Notes: generated by a model from the sequence alone, not told the origin. A DNA stretch of 64,000 nt from Candidatus Zixiibacteriota bacterium (GCA_020346225.1 CP070777.1:2764736-2828735); one strand, 5' to 3'; shown: positions 26,290 through 35,963, counted from the first letter of the stretch. Translations and numbers: made by a program.

Positions 26290-27510
26290 TTAATGATCCG
26301 GATCATCGGCATAAGCCGGGTGCTTTCTCAGGATGGGCATACGGTTGACAATGAACCGGAACGTGAGGACGCCAATGGTAATAACCGTAATGGTGACCCC
26401 GAACTCCATCCAGTGCGGAACATAGCGGTCGGGCTGCTGCCAGTTGAGGGCAATAATCGAGACATTCACGCGGTTGAAAATAACGCCCAGAATGGACCAT
26501 ACGGCGCCGACCCGCACCCAGCCCGGGGAGTGCCGGCGGGTGGCCCAGAACAACAGCAGGCAGGGCGCCAGCACAAAGCCGAGCACCTCGAGCAGGAACC
26601 ACGAACCGAGAGGAGTGGCCAGGTAATCCCAGTTGTGGTCGTGCGCCACCCCGACCCATTTGAGGCAGAAGTAGGTGAACAGCAGGGCCGTGGCCCCTTT
26701 GCCCAGGCCGAGGGTTATATCGTCGAGATTCTTGTGGTCCTGATGCGTGACCTGGTCGCCGAAAATCCGGTGTGACAGCATACTCTCGAAGATCACCATG
26801 GTCATGCCGGCGATAATCGCCGAGACAAAGAAGAACACCGGAATAAAGGGCGAATACCAGAGCGGGTGCAATTTGGCTCCGGCGAGCAAGAACAGCGCCC
26901 CCAGGGCCGACTGATGAAGGGTGGACAGGATCACACCAAGGATGGTCGCTCCGATGGTGATACGAACGGCCCACTTGCGGAAATTCTTCCAGCCCAGCCA
27001 TTCGAACAAAGCCGGACAGAATTCCAGAAACTGGACGGTCAGGTAGGTGGCCACGTGCCATCCGACCAGGAACATGACGGAGGTGACGCCGTAAGAAACG
27101 ACCATAGGGAAAGGAAGGCGCCACGGCCGTCCCAGGTCATAGCACAGTCCGACGACGACAAAGGCGTATCCAAGGAAACCCGTCAAGACGGCGGGACGGA
27201 CCACCGGTCTGTACTTCTTCATGCCGAACAGGTACACGGCCGTGCCGGTCGTGAAACCACCGGCCGCCAAAGCGACGCCACTGAGAACGTCGACGCCGAT
27301 CCAGAGCCCCCAGGGATTAGTATCCGTCAGATTGGAGATCGCCCCGATGCCCTGGGTGAAGCGGATGTAAGTCAGGGGAATCCCGACCGCCAGTATGGCC
27401 GCCACGACGGCGTTAAACGGGGTGATCAGGCCCCTGAGATAATCGGGCCAGCTCATGCCCAGAAGCAGTTTCTCGGATACCCAGTTCGCTCTTCTATCTA
27501 TCGTTGCCAT
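26290..27510 (-). CDS. NrfD/PsrC-family polytopic membrane quinone-interacting subunit
   Basis: 406 aa with about 10 hydrophobic helices. NrfD-like pattern. The start overlaps the stop of the upstream FeS gene. Confidence 0.82.
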   Translation of the reverse strand: MATIDRRANWVSEKLLLGMSWPDYLRGLITPFNAVVAAILAVGIPLTYIRFTQGIGAISNLTDTNPWGLWIGVDVLSGVALAAGGFTTGTAVYLFGMKKYRPVVRPAVLTGFLGYAFVVVGLCYDLGRPWRLPFPMVVSYGVTSVMFLVGWHVATYLTVQFLEFCPALFEWLGWKNFRKWAVRITIGATILGVILSTLHQSALGALFLLAGAKLHPLWYSPFIPVFFFVSAIIAGMTMVIFESMLSHRIFGDQVTHQDHKNLDDITLGLGKGATALLFTYFCLKWVGVAHDHNWDYLATPLGSWFLLEVLGFVLAPCLLLFWATRRHSPGWVRVGAVWSILGVIFNRVNVSIIALNWQQPDRYVPHWMEFGVTITVITIGVLTFRFIVNRMPILRKHPAYADDPDH

Positions 27511-28430
27511 CGTGTATCCCTTTCTCCGGTGTCAGCGTCCGACTCGGTTTTGGCTGCTTCGCGGCTCTGAGTGAACTTGTAGAATCCCGTAAACAGAACC
27601 GGCCAGATGGTTAGAACCAGCGGTACGACGCTCAGGAATCCGCGCGTCAATTCCGGGTACGGTGTATTACCCAGGTTGTTGGAGAAACCGATGTTGGTGA
27701 AATCGGTCCCGGCCAGGTAGAGCCAGCCGGTGCCGCCAACCTCGGACTCACCGTAAAGGTATGGGTGATACCGCTCCGGGTTGTGACGGATTTTCTCGCG
27801 GGCCAGCGTGATGAGATCGCTGCGCTTGCCGAACGTTATCGCCTCCTTCGGGCAGACATCGGCACAGGCCGGGATCTTGCCCTCCTTGATCCGGTCATAG
27901 CACATGGTGCATTTGCGCACCTGCGGGGCAAAGGCGTCGAAGTAGTCGTAGGTGGGAACGTAAAACGGACAGGCCATCATGCAGTACCGGCAACCGATAC
28001 AGACGTCTTTATTGTAAATGACCGGGCCCTCTTTGGTCTTGGTGAAGGCGGCGACGAGGCAGGCCGAGGCACAGGCCGGCTCGTTGCAGTGCATACACTG
28101 CTTCTTGACATAGATGGGCGTTTCCGGGTCCCTGGGATTGGGAAAGCGGTTGACAACCGTGTAACTGTTGGGGTCAGTCCGACGGGTGCGCTCAAAAACG
28201 CTGTTGTCGTTCAGGTCCAGGCCGTCCATAGGCCTGTCATTGGCCTTCTTGCAGGCTTCCTCGCACCGGCGGCAGTTGGCACCGATACAGAGTGTCGTAT
28301 CGGTGAGCATGCCGTATCGATCTGGCCACCCCGTGAAACTCTCCATGCCCTTGGCGGCCGAAGATGTTGCCAGAGCGGCGGTGGCAGCAGCGGTGGTAAT
28401 TTTGAGGAATTCCCTTCGTTTGATGCTCAT
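27498..28430 (-). CDS. Tat-exported 4x[4Fe-4S] ferredoxin-type subunit (NrfC/HybA-like) with a C-terminal TM anchor
   Basis: Twin-arginine signal SIKRREFLK. Four Cys clusters (CxxCxxC..., CMHCNEPACASAC, CIGCRYCMMACP, CTMC...CADVCP). Hydrophobic tail FLSVVPLVLTIWPVLFTGFY. Confidence 0.88.
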   Translation of the reverse strand: MSIKRREFLKITTAAATAALATSSAAKGMESFTGWPDRYGMLTDTTLCIGANCRRCEEACKKANDRPMDGLDLNDNSVFERTRRTDPNSYTVVNRFPNPRDPETPIYVKKQCMHCNEPACASACLVAAFTKTKEGPVIYNKDVCIGCRYCMMACPFYVPTYDYFDAFAPQVRKCTMCYDRIKEGKIPACADVCPKEAITFGKRSDLITLAREKIRHNPERYHPYLYGESEVGGTGWLYLAGTDFTNIGFSNNLGNTPYPELTRGFLSVVPLVLTIWPVLFTGFYKFTQSREAAKTESDADTGERDTRWQR

Positions 28431-28622
28431 TGATTACCTCTTGCTGATATTAATATTGCTTACGTTACGTCGTCACTATGTGAAAAGATTCACATTTTTC
28501 GCCAAAAAAAACCCTCAAGCTGCGGCCAAAATACTGCCATCCGGCATCTTTGTCAACCATAACTGACAGCCTGGAGTTGAAATCGAAAACAAACCTTCGG
28601 TGGGCCTCGACTCCGAGCTTAA

Positions 28623-28696
28623 TCGGGGTGAGAGGATTTGAACCTCCGACATCTTGCTCCCAAAGCAAGCGCGCTGCCAGACTGCGCCACACCCCG
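28623..28696 (-). tRNA. tRNA-Pro (anticodon TGG), CCA not encoded
   Basis: Manual cloverleaf: CGGGGTG-TG-GCGC-AGTCTGGCA-GCGC-G-CTTGC-TTTGGGA-GCAAG-ATGTC-GGAGG-TTCAAAT-CCTCT-CACCCCG-A. Confidence 0.88.
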
Positions 28697-28851
28697 ATTG
28701 GTCGGCCTCAATTATACCGTTTCATTAAATATGTGTCAAGCCTTTGTCCTCGGCTAATCTCGTTTAAGATATTATCCTAAGGTCAGTTATCGACGCCACG
28801 GGTTTTATTCTCACTTGCCAAATCTCGTTTTTGTCTTAAATTCCGGTCATC

Positions 28852-29892
28852 ATGTCAAAACAGAACTTACTCGGCTATACCTCGCGGGAACTCGAAGACC
28901 TGGTTGCGGCCATGGGTGACAAGGCCTACCGCGGCCGTCAACTCTTCCGCTGGCTCTACAAGACACGGCAGTACGACTTCAACCTGATCACCGACCTCTC
29001 CAAGGACCTCCGTCGCCGCCTCCATGAATCATACGACTTCACGGGGCTGTCACTGGCCCGATCGGCCGTTTCCGAGGATGGTACCAAAAAGTTCGTATTC
29101 CGTCTTTACGACGGCCAGCCGCTGGAAACCGTGCTGATACCGGACGAGAGCGGCCGAAGCACCGTTTGCCTGTCGACCCAGGTGGGTTGTGCCCTGAACT
29201 GCGGTTTTTGTGCCACTGGCAAGATGGGCTTTCGCCGCAACCTGTCGGTGGGGGAGATTATCGGCCAGCTCATCTACCTGCGCGACTGGCTGGGTGACAA
29301 TGCCTTCACCAATATCGTCATGATGGGCATGGGCGAGCCGCTGCTTAATTTCGATAACGTGGTCAAAGCCGTTTCCGTCATTTCAGCGGGCGACGGGCTG
29401 TCGGTCAGTGCTAAGAAAATCACCGTTTCGACGGTCGGCATTCTCGACAAGATCCGCCGTTTGGCCGATTTGAAACTAAAGGTTCGTCTGGCTGTATCAC
29501 TGAATGCAGCTATTCAGGACAAGCGTATCCGGATTATGCCGATTGCCCAATCGTGCAGCCTGGAGGAGCTGTCCGACACGCTCAGGTATTACACGGAGAA
29601 GACATCGACCAGGGTCACTTTCGAGTATATTTTGTTTGACGGCTTCAACGATAGTATAGACGATGTAATGGCTATCAGTCGCTATATTCAGGGGATTCCC
29701 TGTAAGATCAATTTGCTGGCCTATAACCCGGTCGAGGGCGCCGAATTCGGCCGGCCCTCGGATGAAAAGGTGGACTGGTTTGCCAGACAACTGTATCCTC
29801 GAGCTCCCGCCGTTACGGTCAGGAAAAGCCGGGGAAGGGATATCGATGCCGCCTGTGGTCAACTGGCTGCCCGGCACCTAATGAAGGAGTGA
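28852..29892 (+). CDS. rlmN: 23S rRNA/tRNA (adenine-C2)-methyltransferase RlmN (radical SAM)
   Basis: Radical-SAM motif CALNCGFCATG. RlmN-type N-terminus (YRGRQLFRWLY) and C-terminal DIDAACGQL. Confidence 0.92.
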   Translation: MSKQNLLGYTSRELEDLVAAMGDKAYRGRQLFRWLYKTRQYDFNLITDLSKDLRRRLHESYDFTGLSLARSAVSEDGTKKFVFRLYDGQPLETVLIPDESGRSTVCLSTQVGCALNCGFCATGKMGFRRNLSVGEIIGQLIYLRDWLGDNAFTNIVMMGMGEPLLNFDNVVKAVSVISAGDGLSVSAKKITVSTVGILDKIRRLADLKLKVRLAVSLNAAIQDKRIRIMPIAQSCSLEELSDTLRYYTEKTSTRVTFEYILFDGFNDSIDDVMAISRYIQGIPCKINLLAYNPVEGAEFGRPSDEKVDWFARQLYPRAPAVTVRKSRGRDIDAACGQLAARHLMKE

Positions 29893-29897
29893 ACCGA

Positions 29898-31301
29898 ATG
29901 ACCAAATTTTCCATCATCGGAGGACTGATTTTACTGGTTGGCGTTTTCCTGAACGCTTTCGCCCAACAGCCTGATCTTGTTATTAATGAGTTTAAGGAAC
30001 CTTCCTGGAAGTGGGGCGACCAGACCCTTGGTTTCGACATCTCCAATACCACCGATATGGTCAAATTCGTGGTCACCGAGGTGGATATCGAGTTTCCTGA
30101 CAGCCGTACCGGGTGCCACAGACAGTTTCTCTCGAGCGGTTACATCGAGCCCGGCGCCCATACCCTGCTTGAAACCGACTTCTTCGTGCCCGGAAACTAT
30201 GGCGAGGCCAGGGTGACGGTGGTCCTTCACGACGTGGTGGACACGCTTGACGCCCTGTTCCCGGGACAGGATTTTCACCGTGAGGAGATTGCTTTCACCG
30301 TGGTGCGTCCGGAATCCATGCTGGAGTGGCGCGATTACCGAATAGAGCTACCTCCCCGAATCGAGGAGCATCCTTATTTCGACAGCGAATTCAGCCGAGT
30401 ACTTCTGGCCCTCATTGACCGGGGTGTGTCCGTTGAGCGCATGGCCGAGATGGCCGGTACCAGCGTGCTTTTCGTAAACGGGCAGATTGTTCCGATGGTG
30501 ACTCACGGTCTGATGACACAGACGGCCGACGGTTACCGGCTCAATTTCCCGATAATTGGTGTCGATGAGTCCCGCGAGGCGGTGCGGCTGGCCGAAACCG
30601 CGGCCGGCTCTCTCGCCCCTATCATTGCGGCCAACCTGCAGCGGTATCCGGCCTTTCTGGACAGTTTGACGCGCAGCGGGCTGGTTGAGCCGACCAATAT
30701 TCTGGGCGGGACCAGCGTGCTCGAACGCCTGTACCCGATGGTGGGCGGTCTGCTTCTGTGGTTCGACCTGGGAGACCGGTTCGTTGACAGCGGCGTAACG
30801 ATGGCGCCGTTCGTCGCCAGCGACATATGCAACGCCCTCAGTCACCGCTATATGTATGCCGCGCCCGCAGGTGAGGGATACAACGGCAACCACCTCTATG
30901 CGTATCTGGGCGAGGTAAAGTCCTACAAGATCGTCTTTGCCGATAACCCGGTTGAGGTCGATTGCAGTCGCAGTTATTCATTTGTGGGTCGACCGGGCAC
31001 CCAGCGGAGTTGGCAATGGGGCGACGATCTTCGGCCCGATTTCTTCATAGTCGACACCCTGGCGATACGCCCGGCCCTAGACTTCCTGGCGTCGGGCTGT
31101 GAAACCGTCCTGGCGGCTGCTGCCGGCTCTCTCGACGATCTGGGCGGCAGGTTCGGACACGGCCAGAATATGAGAGGCGTGCGTTATTGGTTCTGGAATA
31201 TCGTGGCGACACGCTGCCTCGAAACGCTGGTCGCCAACGGTGCCCTCAAAGATGATGGCAAGGGACTCTATGAGTTCAGCGCCATGCGGGGGAAATTATG
31301 A
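29898..31301 (+). CDS. Secreted hypothetical protein
   Basis: AAGGAG RBS 8 nt before the ATG at 29898. Signal peptide ...FLNAFAQ. No recognised motif. Confidence 0.6.
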   Translation: MTKFSIIGGLILLVGVFLNAFAQQPDLVINEFKEPSWKWGDQTLGFDISNTTDMVKFVVTEVDIEFPDSRTGCHRQFLSSGYIEPGAHTLLETDFFVPGNYGEARVTVVLHDVVDTLDALFPGQDFHREEIAFTVVRPESMLEWRDYRIELPPRIEEHPYFDSEFSRVLLALIDRGVSVERMAEMAGTSVLFVNGQIVPMVTHGLMTQTADGYRLNFPIIGVDESREAVRLAETAAGSLAPIIAANLQRYPAFLDSLTRSGLVEPTNILGGTSVLERLYPMVGGLLLWFDLGDRFVDSGVTMAPFVASDICNALSHRYMYAAPAGEGYNGNHLYAYLGEVKSYKIVFADNPVEVDCSRSYSFVGRPGTQRSWQWGDDLRPDFFIVDTLAIRPALDFLASGCETVLAAAAGSLDDLGGRFGHGQNMRGVRYWFWNIVATRCLETLVANGALKDDGKGLYEFSAMRGKL

Positions 31302-31708
31302 TACGGCCCGGGGTAGTGGCAGTGGTCCTGTTGCTTCTTACCGGCTGCGGTCAGGAAACACCCAGCCGCGACCAGATACCCCCGCTCAGGCAGCGGCTTT
31401 TCGACCTGCAGCAGGCCGTGTACAACCATGACCGTGCCGCTATTGACTCCCTGCTCTCGGTCAAGATAATCTCTCGTGACCAGGGGTCCGATTCACTGCT
31501 CAGTTTCGTGTATGGACCTGCCGGCGACTTCCCGTTCGAGCGGTTCGGCAATTATGATATCGTGTATACCACTGACCGGGCTCGTATCGGATGTTTCATC
31601 ATGGACTCCACCGCTTCCGCTGACCGTCCCTTTACGCTGTTTCTCGCCTACGAACATGATATGTGGCTCTTCACGAGCTTTGAGCCCGGGACCGACAGCG
31701 TGCCCTAG
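31298..31708 (+). CDS. Small lipoprotein, unknown function
   Basis: ATGA start/stop overlap with the upstream gene. Lipobox LLLTGC. Confidence 0.6.
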   Translation: MIRPGVVAVVLLLLTGCGQETPSRDQIPPLRQRLFDLQQAVYNHDRAAIDSLLSVKIISRDQGSDSLLSFVYGPAGDFPFERFGNYDIVYTTDRARIGCFIMDSTASADRPFTLFLAYEHDMWLFTSFEPGTDSVP

Positions 31709-31754
31709 TAGTCCAGCCGGAAACAGGTCGAATCGCCGAAATTCGGCTGACATC

Positions 31755-31782
31755 AGAAAAAAGGCGCCGGTAAAGGCGCCTC
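31755..31782 (-). terminator. Rho-independent terminator (for the S41 peptidase gene; may act bidirectionally)
   Basis: Stem AGGCGCC/GGCGCCT with a 6-nt loop. Followed by UUUUUU on the minus strand. Confidence 0.75.
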
Positions 31783-31813
31783 TTACTTTGCAGCAGGTTC
31801 TCGCAGCGCAGCT

Positions 31814-33634
31814 TTACAGTTCCGCCTTTTTCTGTCCCTTCAGCAGCAGCTCGGCGTACTTGTCGGGTGTTGAAAGAATGTCGATGGCCTGCTTGACGGC
31901 CCGGTCGGTCTGGAGAATGATCTCTTCGTACACGCCGCGCTCACCGGAAATCGAGGCCACGATTTCCCGCTTGATTGTCCGGCGGATGTAGTCAACTGAT
32001 TCGTCGAAGTCATTCTCCTTCTCTTTCTCGACCAGAATCGTCAGGCTGTCGAGCTGGGCCTGGAACACTTCCTGCTGACCCTCATCCGCGACCTCCTCGG
32101 TGAGCTTCTCCAGAGCCACCTGCAGCGACGTCTGATAGTCAAACTCTTTTTCCTTTGTGAAAGCCCGGAACTCGGCGACGATGTCGTCGGTAATTTCCAG
32201 ATCACGTTTGACATCAGGGTGCTCTGACACGTACTTGACGGCGAAATCGAAAAACAGCGACTTACGCTCCAGGTTTATTTCGATGGGCTTCCAGGTTTCC
32301 CGATCGACTTCGATATCCGGGATAATGCCGCCGCCGCCGTAAACCACCCGGCCGCCGTTGGTGTAGTATATCTCCTGCTCGGAAACCGTCAGGCTGTCTT
32401 CAGCCTCTTTTTCTTCTTCATCCAAAGCCACCGGGTGCGGGGCACGGGAGGATCGCTTGTTCTGCTTTTCGGGTTTCTGTATGCAGCGGCCGGACGGCAC
32501 GTAGTACTTGGCCGTGGTTAGCTTGAGAGCCATGGAACCGTCACTGGAAATATTGAAGATCTGCTGCACCAGGCCCTTGCCGTAGGTGTTGTTGCCCATA
32601 ATCAGGCCGCGATCCCAGTCCTGCACGGCCCCGGCTACGATTTCCGAGGCTGAGGCGGTGCCTTCGTCCACCAGAATGATCAGCGGCTTGCCCGGCGCGT
32701 AGAGCGGCTGGCGATCGGCGTAATAATGACGCTCGTCTTCCTCCATGCGGCCCTTGGTGTACACGATCTCACGGCCGCGCTCGAGAAACAGTTCGGCGGT
32801 TTCGTTGGCTTGGTCCAGCAGCCCGCCGCCGTTGCTGCGCAGGTCGAAGATCAGGCCGGTGATGTTTCTCTCGTTCAACGAGGTAATGGCCTCGCGCAGC
32901 TCGTGGCTGGTTTCCTCGGCAAAACGGGACAGACGCACATAGCCGATATCGGTACCCGGCACCACGCCGTAGTAGTTCACTGATTTCAGCTCGATGACGG
33001 CGCGCTCGATCTCGAACTCCAGCGGGTCTTTAAGGCCGGTGCGCTTGATGGTGAGAACCACCGACGTGCCGGCTTTGCCGCGCATCAGGCCGGAAGCCTC
33101 CGACGAGGTCATGCCCTCCGTATCCTGACCGTCAATGGCATAAATGACATCACCCGCCCGCAAACCCCGGCGATAGGCCGGCGTGCCTTCGATAGGCGTG
33201 ATAATGATGATGCGGTTGTCCCGGGCGTCGATCTGCATGCCCAGGCCTTCGTACTTGCCGTGAGTGGATTCCAGAAGGGCGTCGTACGACGACCTCTCCA
33301 GCAAGACCGAAAAGCGGTCGAGGTCCTGAAGCATCCCCACGATACCCGCTTTGATGATATCGCGAGTGTCAACTTCCTCCATGTACTGGTTGCGAATGCT
33401 GAAGGCGGTCTCGGTCAGATTCCGGACATCCTTGAGAAAAGTGTCCCGGCTCTTCTTCTCAGTTTCCTGCGGCGGGAACTCCTGGTCTGCGTTGATGTGA
33501 ACGGTATCGGCCCACAGGACCGGATCAGGCGTTTGCGCGCTCGAAGTCTGCACGGCTTCACCGGAACCCACCAGCCATATCAGGGCTATGGCAAAAACTG
33601 TTATCCCGAATAGTTGAACAGTGTAGCGAATCAT
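31814..33634 (-). CDS. S41-family C-terminal processing peptidase with PDZ domain
   Basis: PDZ segment GLRAGDVIYAIDG. S41 motifs DLRSNGGG and LVDEGTASASEI. GGAG RBS before the ATG at 33634 (alternative ATG at 33646). Confidence 0.88.
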   Translation of the reverse strand: MIRYTVQLFGITVFAIALIWLVGSGEAVQTSSAQTPDPVLWADTVHINADQEFPPQETEKKSRDTFLKDVRNLTETAFSIRNQYMEEVDTRDIIKAGIVGMLQDLDRFSVLLERSSYDALLESTHGKYEGLGMQIDARDNRIIIITPIEGTPAYRRGLRAGDVIYAIDGQDTEGMTSSEASGLMRGKAGTSVVLTIKRTGLKDPLEFEIERAVIELKSVNYYGVVPGTDIGYVRLSRFAEETSHELREAITSLNERNITGLIFDLRSNGGGLLDQANETAELFLERGREIVYTKGRMEEDERHYYADRQPLYAPGKPLIILVDEGTASASEIVAGAVQDWDRGLIMGNNTYGKGLVQQIFNISSDGSMALKLTTAKYYVPSGRCIQKPEKQNKRSSRAPHPVALDEEEKEAEDSLTVSEQEIYYTNGGRVVYGGGGIIPDIEVDRETWKPIEINLERKSLFFDFAVKYVSEHPDVKRDLEITDDIVAEFRAFTKEKEFDYQTSLQVALEKLTEEVADEGQQEVFQAQLDSLTILVEKEKENDFDESVDYIRRTIKREIVASISGERGVYEEIILQTDRAVKQAIDILSTPDKYAELLLKGQKKAEL

Positions 33635-33980
33635 CGTTTTCTCCATTTATAAGCAGGTCGCACTTGGCAAGTTAATCATTTAACCCGCCGTGTCAAGCCT
33701 AACCGTGAAAGCGGTTTAGGCGTATCTTTTTGCTAATTATACGTTTACCAATATAGGCAAGTTGCAAATATGTTGCCGGTCGGGGACCAATATCCTAACC
33801 CGATGAGTCCTTTGTGCTTAATCCTTTCGACCTCTATCCTGAGTGCCTCCGGTGCACGTGAATGCGAATGCCGATTGTGAATATCGTTTCAGCTTGCTTA
33901 ACTTAGATACTTTCACAATTATACCTAACGATACAGCCGCCTGAATGTTCAGAATGTGAACAGAATCGCGATTCAAGCGC

Positions 33981-34760
33981 ATGAACAAAAGAAACTCGCC
34001 GTCGTTTGCCTTCCTTCTCAACCTCCTGCTGCCGGGGTTGGCGCACCTCTACTGGAGAGATTATCTTTTCGGCGTCTTCATATTTCTGATCATGTTGATC
34101 GCGGCCGTGCTGTTTTTTGTTTCTTTCTTTTTGTCGCTCTCTTTCTGGCCCAAAGCCCTCCTTCTGGCCCTGCCGATTCTCTTTTACCTGTTTACCTTCA
34201 TGGATCTGTTTCGCGTGATCAAGACCAAGAAACGACTGTCGGCCCGAGGCAAACGCGCCGTGATCATCTTCCTGGTGGTGGGCGTGGTCTATCAGCTGGC
34301 ATCGCCGATCGCCGCCGCCAATTTCCTGATCCGCAATCGTCCCGAGACCTTTGTTCTCGACAACACCGACCTCAGCCCGCTGTACGCGCGCGGCGACCTG
34401 CTCAAGGCCAGCCGGCTGTCTTATTCGGTTAACGTATTCTTCTTGAAAAAGCCGGTCCTGCATAGCCTCCCGGCGCGTTACGACGTTGTCCGCTTTGTCG
34501 ACGCCGACGGGCGCAGGCGCAACGGCCTTGTCCTCGGCCTGCCCGCCGACGAGATTGCCATGCTCAGCGGCGTGCTGGTGGTGAACGGCGCCACCGATTT
34601 CGGCACCCCGCCGGGCGGGCTGACCCTGTGGGGCGATCTGCCGTTGACTTACGTCGATGACTACTCTATTTTGGTGGCGACTTTAAGACTGGGAAGAGTG
34701 GACACCGTTCACATGGTTGCTCTTCCGGATGTTGTCGGGAAAGTTGGCAAGCTGTTGTAA
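33981..34760 (+). CDS. Polytopic membrane protein with a C-terminal S26 signal-peptidase-I-like domain (possibly degenerate)
   Basis: N-terminal TM helices. The C-terminal part resembles LepB segments (GDLL..., GLVLGLPADEIAMLSGVLVVNG), but the canonical SM.PT and K motifs are not evident. Confidence 0.4.
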   Translation: MNKRNSPSFAFLLNLLLPGLAHLYWRDYLFGVFIFLIMLIAAVLFFVSFFLSLSFWPKALLLALPILFYLFTFMDLFRVIKTKKRLSARGKRAVIIFLVVGVVYQLASPIAAANFLIRNRPETFVLDNTDLSPLYARGDLLKASRLSYSVNVFFLKKPVLHSLPARYDVVRFVDADGRRRNGLVLGLPADEIAMLSGVLVVNGATDFGTPPGGLTLWGDLPLTYVDDYSILVATLRLGRVDTVHMVALPDVVGKVGKLL

Positions 34761-35416
34761 TGACAATCGACAATCTCATTTTCGACCTGGACGGCACCCT
34801 CATCGACTCTTCCGAAGGCGTGGTTGAGGCGGTAAACTACTCCCTGCGCCGCATCGGCGAACCGGAACAACCCCCCGAGCGCATAAAAGCCTTCATCGGT
34901 TATCCCCTGAGTCAGATGTATCCCACTTTCACTTCGGCCCCGGTCAAAGAATTGTACCGTCATTTTCAGGAGAAAGCCTCCGAAACGGTCGTGTCCTCAA
35001 CTGTTGTCCTGCCCGGAGTTGCCGAAATGCTCCATTTTCTGCACGATCAGGGCTATCGTCTCGGTATCGCCACCACCAAAATCAAGAATCACGTGCATGG
35101 TATAATAGAGAAATTTCAATGGCACCGTTTGATCGCGGCTTACTGCGGCGGCGACGAAGTGCGCCGTGTAAAGCCCGACCCGGAGATTCTGCTTCTGGCC
35201 CTCCGGCGCATGGGCGTGGGTGCGGACAACTCTATGGCTGTCGGTGACACCATCAACGATGTTCTGGCCGCGCGGGCCGTGCCGATGACGGTGACCGGGG
35301 TGGCCTCGCTTTACGGCGGCCGGCAGAAGCTGCTCGAAGCGCGCCCGGATTTCTTCATCGAATCGCTGCCAGAGTTGCCGTCGGTGCTGAACGGCCTGCA
35401 AAAGGAGGCTTTATGA
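34760..35416 (+). CDS. HAD-superfamily hydrolase (phosphoglycolate-phosphatase-like)
   Basis: Motif I IFDLDGTLIDS, a later T/S motif, and GDTINDVLAA. Confidence 0.85.
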   Translation: MTIDNLIFDLDGTLIDSSEGVVEAVNYSLRRIGEPEQPPERIKAFIGYPLSQMYPTFTSAPVKELYRHFQEKASETVVSSTVVLPGVAEMLHFLHDQGYRLGIATTKIKNHVHGIIEKFQWHRLIAAYCGGDEVRRVKPDPEILLLALRRMGVGADNSMAVGDTINDVLAARAVPMTVTGVASLYGGRQKLLEARPDFFIESLPELPSVLNGLQKEAL

Positions 35417-35913
35417 AAAACGTCTATACACATTCGTTCAAGACCGGGTTCGGAACCATCCGCACGGCGGCCACCAACAGGGGCCTGGCGGTGGTGACGC
35501 TGCCGGGCGAAACGGCGGCGCAATTCTCCCGCAAGGTGGCACAACTTTTCCCCGATCACGAGATGCGTCGCGGCGGCCGTGTTAATCTTTCCGCAGAAAA
35601 ACAGCTTCGCCGCTATCTCGACGGCCGCCTGAAACAGTTCACGCTACCGCTTGATATTCAGGGAACGCCGTTTCACAGGAAGGCCCTCAAACGGGTCGCT
35701 CGGATCGGCTACGGCCAGACCATGACCTACGGCCAGGTGGCTGAGGCCATCGGCAGTCCCGGTGCCGCGCGCGCGGTCGGCGGCGCCAACGCCGGCAACA
35801 ACCTCCCCCTGGTCATCCCGTGTCATCGCGTCGTGGCGGCCGGCGGTCTGGGCGGTTATGGCGGCGGCGTGGCCATGAAACGCCGGCTGCTCATGATGGA
35901 AGGCGCTCTGTGA
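35413..35913 (+). CDS. ogt: Methylated-DNA--protein-cysteine methyltransferase
   Basis: Active-site motif PCHRVV and helix-turn-wing region YGQVAEAIGSPGAARAVG. Confidence 0.9.
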   Translation: MKNVYTHSFKTGFGTIRTAATNRGLAVVTLPGETAAQFSRKVAQLFPDHEMRRGGRVNLSAEKQLRRYLDGRLKQFTLPLDIQGTPFHRKALKRVARIGYGQTMTYGQVAEAIGSPGAARAVGGANAGNNLPLVIPCHRVVAAGGLGGYGGGVAMKRRLLMMEGAL

Positions 35914-35963
35914 GCCGATCGCGGCTCGATACACTTATCACCTGATTGTTATGGAGAAAACGT

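Noticed and set aside
28465-28780. 75-aa minus-strand and 76-aa plus-strand ORFs.
   Set aside because: They overlap the tRNA-Pro gene and have no RBS.
33946-33962. The idea that the TGTTCA-N5-TGAACA palindrome is a LexA/SOS box.
   Set aside because: The spacing and half-sites do not match any LexA consensus I know (CTGT-N8-ACAG, GAAC-N4-GTTC, GTTC-N7-GTTC). It is kept only as a generic operator candidate.
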